Virus record (IMG/VR): IMGVR_UViG_3300023202_000247
Coordinates: 124,001-188,000 of that record
DNA length: 64,000 nucleotides
Direction: 5' to 3' (one strand)
Part shown: piece by piece, positions 1 through 8,523 of the stretch
Layout: the number at the start of each line of letters is the position of its first letter
Position numbering within the stretch: the first letter of the stretch is position 1
Program-made: the position numbers and the translations under genes
Notes under the pieces: model-generated
What the model was told of the DNA's origin: nothing
Databases searched by the model: none
What the model saw: only the letters and a program-made list of their open reading frames with translations

Positions 1-16
1 AAACACCAAGCTCTAC

Positions 17-286
17 GTGATATTTTTTTTAAAGTCACTCGGCTTGATTATTTTAATCCTAAGCCCGTTTCTTTCGTTTTGGCTAACCAACCTCGGGCCA
101 GAGGTTGAAAGTGAAATATTCATTGACGTAGGCTGCCTTTTCATCATTGGAGGTCTTCTCTTTCGCACGGGTGACGGTTTGAGTGACGAAAAACACAACC
201 AAGACATTTTGAATCCAGCATTTTGGTTCGTACTTGCATCTGTTTGCATTGCAACCATTTTAGCATTTCACTACTTTTTGATTTAA
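17..286 (+). CDS. small membrane protein, hypothetical
   Basis: 89-aa ORF with three hydrophobic stretches; start may lie upstream of the window. Confidence 0.5.
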   Translation: MIFFLKSLGLIILILSPFLSFWLTNLGPEVESEIFIDVGCLFIIGGLLFRTGDGLSDEKHNQDILNPAFWFVLASVCIATILAFHYFLI

Positions 287-297
287 AATTTCACACA

Positions 298-502
298 AAC
301 TCGACACCCAAAAAGATTCGAGATAAAAATTGTCGAGTTGGTCTTCGATATAGATCGTCCACGCATGGAGATGGTGAATGGTGAATGGTTTAGATCCTCT
401 ACTAAGTAATAGCTGAGTAACAGTACTAGATCAGATCACTAGATCATGATCTATAGACATACTTTAGTATGGCAGTTTTTCGCAAATAGTTTTTTATGCG
501 AA
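298..502. repeat. non-coding region with clustered TAGATC/GATC repeats, ATGGTGA tandem and inverted repeats; candidate origin or regulatory region
   Basis: TAGATC at 351, 391, 427, 440; CAGATC at 432; reverse copy at 448; AACTCGACA(298)/TGTCGAGTT(331) inverted repeat. Confidence 0.5.
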
Positions 503-523
503 TGTTTTCAGGATGTTTTGTAA

Positions 524-856
524 GTGAGCGAAAATATTGACAAAATCTACGATTTGCCGCCAGATGTCGAGAAATATCTCGAAACCGTTGATGATGGTAC
601 ATCCGTAACTTTAGATGGGTTGATGGAGCTTTTACAAGCTATAATTAGTAAATCTAGTCTTGATAAAGAACGTGTGAAAATAATAACTAGATTATTTTTT
701 CAAGAAATGAGAACCGCACTTCTTCGAGGCGAGACTATTAGCATAAAAAAACTTGGTAAGTTCAAGGTATATAATCCAAACGATGGCTCTTCAAAGAAGA
801 GAGTGTTTCTCAAATTTAAACCATCCCCGCAAATCATAAAGGATATAAATGGATGA
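524..856 (+). CDS. HU/IHF-like DNA-binding protein
   Basis: ALLRGETISIKKLGKFKV...FLKFKPSPQI matches the HU/IHF G-x-F core and KFKP motif; arm shortened. Confidence 0.7.
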   Translation: MSENIDKIYDLPPDVEKYLETVDDGTSVTLDGLMELLQAIISKSSLDKERVKIITRLFFQEMRTALLRGETISIKKLGKFKVYNPNDGSSKKRVFLKFKPSPQIIKDING

Positions 857-1094
857 TATCAGACAGGCTAAAAGCAAAGACATTGCAAACTATGTTGTCA
901 TTTATAAGATACTTGGTATACATCGAGAGCTGAGTATAAAATGCATGGAAGAACTTCATAGAAGAGAACAAGCTGGTGATGATTTTGATTACACGGCGTA
1001 TATAAATAAAGAGGTAGAAAAAAGTCCGAAGTCACAAATGTCAGACAAAGATAAAAACATTCTACTGGGAATGTTTAAGATGAGTTTCAAATGA
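849..1094 (+). CDS. hypothetical protein
   Basis: ORF overlapping neighbours in an operon-like array. Confidence 0.6.
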   Translation: MDDIRQAKSKDIANYVVIYKILGIHRELSIKCMEELHRREQAGDDFDYTAYINKEVEKSPKSQMSDKDKNILLGMFKMSFK

Positions 1095-1588
1095 ACGAAG
1101 CGGATAGTTTAAAGAAAGAGTTGTGTAAAAGAATATTTAACAACCTTGGATTGATACCAAACAACTTCGGTATCGTTGGTATATCATTACCAGAATTTTA
1201 TAGCAAAAAGCCGGTACAAACTGAAGTTGATGGAGAAATTATTACAAATGAAACTTTTGTTGCTACAATTTCATTTGGAAATAAATATGTCATAGGTGTA
1301 ACTAACTTGGGGACACATGATGAACCAGAGTTAACTATGATAATGGAACAGGTTGATTCTGGTATGTTCGGATTCAAACTAGAATACATTGATGACGATG
1401 TTCGTTGTTTGATGGGTCAGCTGCGTGATGGTATTTGGACCGAATTATCACTTACCCATCAACTCAACATGACAATATTTTTCGAAACTATTACAGCTGA
1501 GGGAAAGCTCTGGGAACCTGAGCCGGGTGCGAGTGGGGCGATGCACAAATTGTTGACAGGTGCTCTCGAGCATGATATGTTCGGTTGA
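1091..1588 (+). CDS. hypothetical protein
   Basis: 165-aa ORF with ATGA overlap. Confidence 0.65.
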   Translation: MNEADSLKKELCKRIFNNLGLIPNNFGIVGISLPEFYSKKPVQTEVDGEIITNETFVATISFGNKYVIGVTNLGTHDEPELTMIMEQVDSGMFGFKLEYIDDDVRCLMGQLRDGIWTELSLTHQLNMTIFFETITAEGKLWEPEPGASGAMHKLLTGALEHDMFG

Positions 1589-1803
1589 AGCGCTCTACGA
1601 GAAAATAATGAAGCTTTATATTCTAACGCGCATCCCGCTAACTACGTTAGAAAATGGTATTGGAGATATCGTATTAGATGAATTGATTGAAGCAGTTACG
1701 ATGCTATCATCAATCATAGTTGACGACGAACAAATAGCAGCTCGACTCATGGAGTCGAATGATAACCTCAAACATGTTTACGAACTAACAATAGAAAAAA
1801 AGA

Positions 1804-2298
1804 ATGTCTGATATTAGTACCTTCATATCAAACTACATCGCACAATGTGCAAAAAATGGTAAGTCAGCCTTACTCGAAATCTTCGCAGAAGCGAAGGCTG
1901 AGATTGCTGAAATTGACAAAAAACTTCACGATGCTGATGCTCTAAGAATTAGACGCTCTAATTTGCTCAAACTATTGGGTGAGCTGGGTGATGATTCGAT
2001 GAAGAAAAAGCGTAAGATTCCCGATGGTCCACGCATCGAAATAGATGAGGATGAAGAAGAGTATGAGGCTTTGCGTGCAGCGATTTGTGACACGATTGCT
2101 GATAAAGGCCCGTTAACTAACAGAGAATTGATTCAAGCTGTTGGCTCTTATCAACAAGATATAAAAGTTATTCGAGCTATTAAATGGCTCGGAGAACGAG
2201 AGATTGTTACCAGAGATGGTAGCGATGATAATAAAATCATTCCAGGTTCCAATTGGGACCAAAGAAAACAGGAAGTGGACAATGGATCAGAATCGTAA
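1804..2298 (+). CDS. hypothetical protein, coiled coil plus possible C-terminal winged helix
   Basis: GPLTNRELIQAV...VIRAIKWLGEREIVTR resembles a wHTH. Confidence 0.5.
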   Translation: MSDISTFISNYIAQCAKNGKSALLEIFAEAKAEIAEIDKKLHDADALRIRRSNLLKLLGELGDDSMKKKRKIPDGPRIEIDEDEEEYEALRAAICDTIADKGPLTNRELIQAVGSYQQDIKVIRAIKWLGEREIVTRDGSDDNKIIPGSNWDQRKQEVDNGSES

Positions 2299-2491
2299 AG
2301 GTAAGTCGGTCGATCAACTCGAACCCCAGTATATCAAGAATGGTCTGAAGATCGTTAGTGGTGATGAGGAGACTGGTGAGATTGTTTATGTTTCGCAGAA
2401 GTATCAAGAGTACGTTGCTGATATCGGCGGCGAGCTAAACGTCATTGAGTTCTGTAACTCTTTTTTCTTCATCGACAAACAGGATAACTGA
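2282..2491 (+). CDS. small hypothetical protein
   Basis: ATG at 2282 within ORF 2204..2491, followed by a hairpin. Confidence 0.5.
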   Translation: MDQNRKGKSVDQLEPQYIKNGLKIVSGDEETGEIVYVSQKYQEYVADIGGELNVIEFCNSFFFIDKQDN

Positions 2492-2509
2492 GAAAAATTA
2501 GTTAACTCA

Positions 2510-2545
2510 ATTCCCCGTCCGGAATCCGGACGGGGAATGCTTTTA
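2510..2545 (+). terminator. perfect 14-bp inverted repeat, probable terminator
   Basis: ATTCCCCGTCCGGA-a-TCCGGACGGGGAAT followed by gctttta. Confidence 0.7.
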
Positions 2546-2558
2546 TATTGGAGTAAAA

Positions 2559-3239
2559 ATGTCGGAAAAAACTTTGTGGAATTGGCAAGATGAGTATGAG
2601 TTTTTGAGAAATGACTTCAGCGCTGAAGTCCAATTCAATGGCATTACCTTCCCTACTGTTGAGCATGCATTTCAGGCTGCCAAATCTCAAGACCTTAATG
2701 CAAAGCTAAAGTTTACCGAAGAGTTTTTAACTCCTCGAGAAGCTAAGGAAATGGGGCGAACATTAGACCTTCGCCCGGATTGGGATGAAGTTCGTGATGT
2801 TATCATGATGATTTTGGTTCGAGTCAAATTCTTCGACAATGAAGATTTGGGAACCAAACTTTTGGAAACCGGAACTGCTAATCTAGTTATGGGTTTTAGT
2901 ACTCCATCAAAATATGATGCATATTGGGGTGCACTCATTACTGAATGTGATTCGAATCCAATTGTTGATGGAGATAATCGTCTTGGTCGTATTCTAATGG
3001 ATGTTCGACAAGAGTTGGCACTTTATCGTGGTGTTGACCTCAAAGAACTTGACAAACCCAAACTATCTCCGGAACATCAGAAGATTGCAGATGTACTCAA
3101 CAGTTATCTTCCAAGCAAGATAGACTCAGTAGCACTTGCTGGTCTGTTGCTTCGCTATCATGAACGTGATGCCTTCAACGAACCTTTCGTAGAAGAATAT
3201 GATAAGCTATATGATGTTCTAATGAGCTGGGATAGTTGA
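2559..3239 (+). CDS. NADAR (YbiA-like) family protein
   Basis: FLRNDF, FPTVEHAFQAAK, LRPDWDEVR, KFF, YWG, GDNRLGRILMDVR motifs. Confidence 0.85.
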   Translation: MSEKTLWNWQDEYEFLRNDFSAEVQFNGITFPTVEHAFQAAKSQDLNAKLKFTEEFLTPREAKEMGRTLDLRPDWDEVRDVIMMILVRVKFFDNEDLGTKLLETGTANLVMGFSTPSKYDAYWGALITECDSNPIVDGDNRLGRILMDVRQELALYRGVDLKELDKPKLSPEHQKIADVLNSYLPSKIDSVALAGLLLRYHERDAFNEPFVEEYDKLYDVLMSWDS

Positions 3240-3403
3240 TGGATTACGACTTTTCAAAGTTTTCAACAGCTGAAATTGAATATGAGCTGAAGGCGCTTCA
3301 GTCTCAGAAAAATGATCTAAACAAGCAGATAGCACTCATCGATACCGACATAATCGGACTCAAGGAGGAGTTACGTCGAAGAACATCGGAAAAGCAGAGC
3401 TAG
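3239..3403 (+). CDS. small coiled-coil protein (54 aa; not in ORF track)
   Basis: MDYDFSKFSTAEIEYELKALQSQKNDLNKQIAL...; TGATG overlap with the NADAR stop. Confidence 0.55.
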   Translation: MDYDFSKFSTAEIEYELKALQSQKNDLNKQIALIDTDIIGLKEELRRRTSEKQS

Positions 3404-3744
3404 CTGATCGTATCTATCAGCGTTTGGATAGATCAATCCCCAAGGATGATATCTATGATACCATCGGGTTGATTTGTCAAGAGCTTTCTGTTATGTTGGC
3501 ATCTGAAAAGATCGTCACCGTAAATCACTTCGGCACGTTTAGTCCCTACTTGTATCATGAGCGCGAAGCTCACAACGTTGTTACAGGCAGAATGGAAAAG
3601 TTCCCGGCCATGAAGTCAGTTCGGTTCCATTCTGCCTGGGCTGTTGAGAGACTACTGAAAGATCGTAGGGTGAGGTTTGACGAAAGTGCCAGGGATTCGG
3701 TGGCATGGGCAAAAAAGGTAGTCGGGCACGAAAAAACTGATTGA
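3385..3744 (+). CDS. second HU/IHF-like DNA-binding protein (start uncertain)
   Basis: IGKAELADRIYQRL (HU helix 1) lies upstream of TTG 3424; VTVNHFGTF, REAHNVVTG, KSVRF match HU/IHF. Confidence 0.75.
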   Translation: MGKAELADRIYQRLDRSIPKDDIYDTIGLICQELSVMLASEKIVTVNHFGTFSPYLYHEREAHNVVTGRMEKFPAMKSVRFHSAWAVERLLKDRRVRFDESARDSVAWAKKVVGHEKTD

Positions 3745-3768
3745 CTCTACGATGGGACGAGTTAAGAT
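3741..3768 (+). promoter_or_regulatory. sigma70-like (early) promoter
   Basis: TTGACT-N16-TAAGAT; same form at 7466. Confidence 0.6.
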
Positions 3769-3799
3769 GATGCTCGTCACCACAACGGAGGTTCAACTC

Positions 3800-4354
3800 A
3801 TGTCCGACAAAGCAGCAGAAGAGACCAAGACCAAGCCCACGACCGAAGCCGCGCCCAAAGGCGAAAAGAAGACTCGACGCAAGCGTCCCAAGCGTCCCGT
3901 TTGGTACGAGTGCCTTGCCATTCGCAAGCAGAAAGGTGAGCCGACTCTCGTACAGGAAAAAATCGTGTTCGATGTCGAGGCTGGCGAAGAGCCGAATGAG
4001 GAAGAGGCCCGTTCCCGATTCAAGACCAGTACCGGCATGAACGCAATCCACGTGATTGGCCCGGCTTACGATGTCGAAAATTTGAAGAACAAGACGGTCA
4101 ACAAGGATCATGTCAATCTGCCGATTGACATGCTGAAGATGACCGGCAAGCAGTGGAAGTCCGTGTATAACGGAATTGAAACCATGGCAAATGGTATCGC
4201 AGCTTGTGAGTTCAATGGTGAGAAGTTCGATGATAACGACCTGTGTGTCGTGAACTTCGGTAAGAAGATCGACAAGGACGCAAAGCGTCCTCGCTTCGGT
4301 GGTGCAACGGCGGTGCTCCGATTCGAGAGCCTTCAGAATCGGGAAGAGCTGTAA
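3800..4354 (+). CDS. hypothetical protein, probably highly expressed early gene
   Basis: GGAGG SD before ATG 3800; own promoter and hairpin; C/G-ending codon bias. Confidence 0.75.
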   Translation: MSDKAAEETKTKPTTEAAPKGEKKTRRKRPKRPVWYECLAIRKQKGEPTLVQEKIVFDVEAGEEPNEEEARSRFKTSTGMNAIHVIGPAYDVENLKNKTVNKDHVNLPIDMLKMTGKQWKSVYNGIETMANGIAACEFNGEKFDDNDLCVVNFGKKIDKDAKRPRFGGATAVLRFESLQNREEL

Positions 4355-4380
4355 GACAACTTTTTGTCGAGCCGACCCAA

Positions 4381-4411
4381 AAGGGCGGGCCTCATCATGA
4401 GGCCCGCCCTT
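4381..4411 (+). terminator. perfect 15-bp inverted repeat
   Basis: AAGGGCGGGCCTCAT-c-ATGAGGCCCGCCCTT. Confidence 0.65.
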
Positions 4412-4434
4412 GGCGTTTCTGGGCATTAAACAAA

Positions 4435-4812
4435 ATGGAGATTGTTATGGGCAGGAAATTTGGAAAATCAAAACTAGAAAAGTTTCGTACATCTTTTGTT
4501 GAAAAGCGTAAGATAATTCTAGATAAACTCAACGCAGCGTCTGAAGATGAGATTGATATTGATGGGGATACGATTGATATGATTCAAGGCGCAGCTCTTT
4601 CAGAATTGGTAAGCAAACTCGGTGAGCGTGACTTGCAGCAATTACGTAAGCTCTCTGAGTCGATTGAGGCAATTGACAATGGTGAGTTCGGCCTGTGCGT
4701 AGATTGTAACGTGGCAATTGGTGAGAAACGTCTCCTAGCACTTCCTGGCGTTGATACTTGCGTGAATTGCGCAGAAGACAGAGAAAGAGAAGCGCGCAAC
4801 TACTTGAAATGA
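4435..4812 (+). CDS. dksA: DksA/TraR family C4 zinc-finger protein
   Basis: coiled coil with DxxD tip (DTID); GEFGLCVDCNVAIGEKRLLALPGVDTCVNC. Confidence 0.85.
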   Translation: MEIVMGRKFGKSKLEKFRTSFVEKRKIILDKLNAASEDEIDIDGDTIDMIQGAALSELVSKLGERDLQQLRKLSESIEAIDNGEFGLCVDCNVAIGEKRLLALPGVDTCVNCAEDREREARNYLK

Positions 4813-4857
4813 TTATAGTTTTGAAATTATCGTGGGCATAAGATACATTAAAAGTGT

Positions 4858-5523
4858 ATGAGGAAGAATTCTGAAGAGGAAGAACAAGAGTACACTTCGT
4901 GCCGAAAATACCAAGATGTTTACGATAAACTTGCAAAGAAAAGAAAGATAATTCTTTCAGAGGAAATAGATAGAAACATTGCAACGGCTATAGTTGGAAT
5001 GCTGTTTCTCTTCGATGTGGAAGATGATGCCACACCAATAGAATTGTACATCAACTCTCCGGGTGGAGAGGTAGAACAGTTCTTTGCCATCTATGACGCA
5101 ATGAACTCAGTTAGAGCCCCTGTTGCAACCTATTGTGTAGGAGAGGCATCTAGTGCGGCGGCAATCCTTTTAGCATCTGGACATAAAGGAATGCGATATG
5201 CTGCACCCAATGCCCATATCATGATTCATCAGATACAAATCTATGGTGGTGTTGATGGTAGTGGTACGACGATAGAGAACGAGGCCAAGGCTATTAAAAA
5301 GATGAAGCGTCATCTTACAGAAATTATAGCAAAGCATACTGGTCAGACTTATCGTAAAGTAAATAGAGACTGTGAGATTGATAAGTATATGACTGCTCAA
5401 GAATCATTAGAGTATGGTATAATTGATCATATCATGCCGATTCAAAAAGAAATTCCAGAGCTGAAGAAATCATCTCGAGGCAGACGTTCCAAGAAGCTTC
5501 CTGCTAAGAATAACGAGGCATAG
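4858..5523 (+). CDS. clpP: ClpP-family protease subunit
   Basis: IELYINSPGG, GEASSAAAILLA (Ser), IMIHQ (His), DKYMTAQESLEYGIID. Confidence 0.92.
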   Translation: MRKNSEEEEQEYTSCRKYQDVYDKLAKKRKIILSEEIDRNIATAIVGMLFLFDVEDDATPIELYINSPGGEVEQFFAIYDAMNSVRAPVATYCVGEASSAAAILLASGHKGMRYAAPNAHIMIHQIQIYGGVDGSGTTIENEAKAIKKMKRHLTEIIAKHTGQTYRKVNRDCEIDKYMTAQESLEYGIIDHIMPIQKEIPELKKSSRGRRSKKLPAKNNEA

Positions 5524-5530
5524 GTATATG
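5509..5530 (+). promoter_or_regulatory. putative late promoter motif AATAA-N4-GCAT-N6-ATG
   Basis: same spacing at 29407, 29763, 36139. Confidence 0.5.
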
Positions 5531-7000
5531 CCACGCAGTAGAGCAAAAGATCCACAGCAAGAGCAGCTTAGAGAGCGTAAAGACCAATGGAATAAAGAGG
5601 TTAGCAAGCTTATTACTGCTCTAATAGCTTTGAAGAAAGGTGTTAATGGTCAACCAATCGATGATATTGGATTGCCATCGTCTAGAATTACAGAGCCACT
5701 TCCACCACAAGTTGGTCAAATTGGAAATGGGTTGGGTACACGTTTCACTCAGATGTTTTCGGATTTGGACCGAATCATTTCTGAGCAAGACTCGTACTCA
5801 TCACAATTCACTCAACAAAGAGAACAAAAGAATCAAGATAGGTTGAGAGAGATGCAAGAAAGAGATAACCTTACAACAGCATCTCTCACCGCTCATGCTT
5901 CGAATAAATTCACGAGGATACTGACGTATCTCAAAAGTCCATTCCAATTTGGAGATAAAGATCGCGCGGCTCGTATTTCTATGTTGAGGGCCGCGGCCAA
6001 AATGTATGACAATGTTAGTGATGTTGGAGATGCCATTCTCAAACGAAACAGAACGTCCATACCAGAAGCTTTTTATGATGCATTGAATATATATCTTACA
6101 GCTGATAAAGAGTTCTTTGATAAAGTAGATGCTTTGTATGAAAGCAAAAAAGCAAAGAAAGAAAAAGTTGAAGAGCTGGTTGGTGAAAAGAAAGAAGAGG
6201 TAAAGCCCAAGGAACCTGAGCCGAATCCTGAGCCTGCTCAGCCTGCTCAGCCGGCTCAGCCAGTTGTCCCAGTTGATTCTGACAAGGACGGTCTCATTAC
6301 AAACAATGAGGTTAAAGTTGGTCAGTTGAAAAGCTTATTGAACCAACAACTTGGAAGAATTGAAAAATTGCAATTATCATTTTCTAAGGTTCAAAATTCT
6401 AATGAGGAAGCTGCAAACTTCAACTCTTACATGGGCTTCTTGCAATCATCCATAACAGATATGATAACTACACTTGATGCTGGTGGAGGTAATATAAACG
6501 AACTTACCAAATCATATAAGAAAATTGATGGTGATTTATCTGCGTTTGAACAACGTATCAGTTCCGTAGCATCGATTGAAAATGAAATGATGCGCAAGGT
6601 TGCTGGTAATATGGTTGGACGCTGGTTCCGTCGTAGACTGCTTGACATATTTCAAAGTGACGATTCAGAACTTAGATTGATACTAGAACAAGATACTAAT
6701 GTTCTTAAAAAAGATTTAAACGAGGTAATGAATGTATTAGAGTCTTCTAGTGCTGATATAGATACGGTTCGGAAACTTGCAGGGGACGTTGCATTGTCTC
6801 TTGCTACCATGGCTGCGACACTTCAACGATTGGCAGGAATTCACAATTCAATTTCTCGTGTCAAACACCTAACTGAAAAGTCTAAAGGTAAGACAATAAA
6901 GCTTTTAGATATTAAAGATGCAGATATAAAAAAACTAAGTTTGATGAGTCGTAAATACTATAGCATTGGCGACAAGATGAAAAAGGATGATGATGGATAA
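5528..7000 (+). CDS. hypothetical helical protein with PAQ linker, possibly an internal virion protein
   Basis: 490 aa; EPEPNPEPAQPAQPAQP; two similar domains after TAHA and RKVA. Confidence 0.6.
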   Translation: MPRSRAKDPQQEQLRERKDQWNKEVSKLITALIALKKGVNGQPIDDIGLPSSRITEPLPPQVGQIGNGLGTRFTQMFSDLDRIISEQDSYSSQFTQQREQKNQDRLREMQERDNLTTASLTAHASNKFTRILTYLKSPFQFGDKDRAARISMLRAAAKMYDNVSDVGDAILKRNRTSIPEAFYDALNIYLTADKEFFDKVDALYESKKAKKEKVEELVGEKKEEVKPKEPEPNPEPAQPAQPAQPVVPVDSDKDGLITNNEVKVGQLKSLLNQQLGRIEKLQLSFSKVQNSNEEAANFNSYMGFLQSSITDMITTLDAGGGNINELTKSYKKIDGDLSAFEQRISSVASIENEMMRKVAGNMVGRWFRRRLLDIFQSDDSELRLILEQDTNVLKKDLNEVMNVLESSSADIDTVRKLAGDVALSLATMAATLQRLAGIHNSISRVKHLTEKSKGKTIKLLDIKDADIKKLSLMSRKYYSIGDKMKKDDDG

Positions 7001-7418
7001 GGTTTCTATCGGTAATCATGAATTTAAAACTATTGTTGCTATTACTGATGAAGAGCAGCAGCGTGGGTTGATGTTTGTAGAGTGGCCGCCACCCGTTATG
7101 AGTTTTCCAGTCGTTACGGCACAGGTTCGTCAGTTCTGGATGAAAAATACTCAAGTACCTCTTGACATCGTATTCTGCCGTGATAATGTTGTGGTTGCTA
7201 TTTGTGAAGGTGAACCTCACAGTACGAAGATGGTTGGTCCTCGATGTCCAACCGACCTTGTGGTTGAATTACCACATGGCACGGCTGATGCTTGCGGGAT
7301 TCAGCCGGGAGATCCAGTGAGGCTGAAATTGTCTCAGGAGACTCTAACGCGCCGCGCCAAACACCTGATGACCGGCATATTCGGCTCAAAAGGTAAAAAT
7401 CTTGCACGGTCAATCTGA
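6987..7418 (+). CDS. DUF192 family protein
   Basis: EEQQRGLMF, FWMKNTQVPLDIVF, VVELPHG...GIQPGD. Confidence 0.85.
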   Translation: MMMDKVSIGNHEFKTIVAITDEEQQRGLMFVEWPPPVMSFPVVTAQVRQFWMKNTQVPLDIVFCRDNVVVAICEGEPHSTKMVGPRCPTDLVVELPHGTADACGIQPGDPVRLKLSQETLTRRAKHLMTGIFGSKGKNLARSI

Positions 7419-7430
7419 CCGTGTTATGGT
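7402..7430 (+). promoter_or_regulatory. sigma70-like promoter with a palindromic operator-like site in the spacer
   Basis: TTGCAC-N17-TATGGT; CACGGTCA-atc-TGACCGTG at 7405-7423. Confidence 0.45.
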
Positions 7431-7465
7431 GTAGCTGTAATTGAGCAGCGGCCAACTATAAGGGG

Positions 7466-7493
7466 TTGACTTTATCGTCAGTCTGGTTAAGTT
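7466..7493 (+). promoter_or_regulatory. sigma70-like promoter positioned for a leaderless FtsK mRNA
   Basis: TTGACT-N16-TAAGTT, 7 nt before ATG 7501; no SD. Confidence 0.55.
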
Positions 7494-7500
7494 GTATTTC

Positions 7501-8523
7501 ATGAGCATAGAGAAGTTGAATCAGGTTCTAGATGCCTTTGGTGTTGATGCTACGTGTGTCAATCATCAAATTCATCGTCATATCGCAACCTATGATATAG
7601 AGCTTGCGCCAGGTACTCGTGTCGCCTCGTTGGAAAAGTATGGTCGTGAGATTGCCTTGGCCATCAAATCAAAGACGACTCCAATTTTCAAGGTGGTTAC
7701 CGAGCTTGGAATCGTCAGGATGCAGGTTGCGATGAATGTCTCTGAGACATTGCTTCTCGAAGACATCCTAAATGGCAATGCACCGGTTGATATACAGCTT
7801 CCCATCTTGCTCGGTGAAGATGACACGGGCAACAAGCTCTGGACTGATTTTGCAAAGCACCCACACACATTGGTTGCGGGAGGCACCGGGAGTGGCAAGT
7901 CAACGCTGCTACACGCTCTCATTGCCAATGCTTATTGGCTCACAGCAACTGGTCAGCGCAACGTAAGGGTTTTTCTAGGAGACCCGAAGCGTGTCGAGTT
8001 TTCTGTTTACGATGGTGCTCCAAAGATGAATGGTATCATTCGTACAATCAAGTATGATTACGAATCGATTCTTTCAATGTTTAATATGCTCCATACTATC
8101 ATGGAACATCGATATGCGATGCTTGCCGATCATCACGTTCAAGATATTTCTAAATTGGATGTTCCAATCTATCTCGTTATCATCGATGAGGTTGCAGACT
8201 TGATGATGCAAGATAAAGGTAAGCAGTTTGAAAAGCTTGTTACGAAACTTGCTCAAAAAAGTCGAGCGGCCGGAATCCATTTGGTAATGGCAACACAGCG
8301 TCCCAGTACGGACGTAATTACGGGCCTCATCAAAGCAAACTTTCCTGCGAGAATCGCTTGTAGAGTTGCTAGTCGCACAGACTCCCAGGTTATTCTGGAC
8401 TCTCCCGGTGCTGAAAATCTACTGGGTAAAGGTGATGCTTTGTTGCAAAACCATGAGACAGATAAGCTGCGATTTCAAGCAGCCTTCTTTAGCCCAGAAG
8501 GTTTTAGACAAAAAGCCGCATGA
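7501..8523 (+). CDS. FtsK/SpoIIIE-family ATPase (motor domain only)
   Basis: PHTLVAGGTGSGKS, DPKRVEF, VIIDEVADLM, LAQKSRAAGIHLVMATQRPS, GAENLLGKGD. Confidence 0.92.
   Translation: MSIEKLNQVLDAFGVDATCVNHQIHRHIATYDIELAPGTRVASLEKYGREIALAIKSKTTPIFKVVTELGIVRMQVAMNVSETLLLEDILNGNAPVDIQLPILLGEDDTGNKLWTDFAKHPHTLVAGGTGSGKSTLLHALIANAYWLTATGQRNVRVFLGDPKRVEFSVYDGAPKMNGIIRTIKYDYESILSMFNMLHTIMEHRYAMLADHHVQDISKLDVPIYLVIIDEVADLMMQDKGKQFEKLVTKLAQKSRAAGIHLVMATQRPSTDVITGLIKANFPARIACRVASRTDSQVILDSPGAENLLGKGDALLQNHETDKLRFQAAFFSPEGFRQKAA

Noticed and set aside
3581-4426. 281-aa minus-strand ORF
   Set aside because: Antisense shadow of the codon-biased + strand gene, which has promoter, SD and hairpin support; no recognisable motifs
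6228-6263. 9-bp tandem CCTGCTCAG-like repeat
   Set aside because: Simply encodes a Pro-Ala-Gln linker
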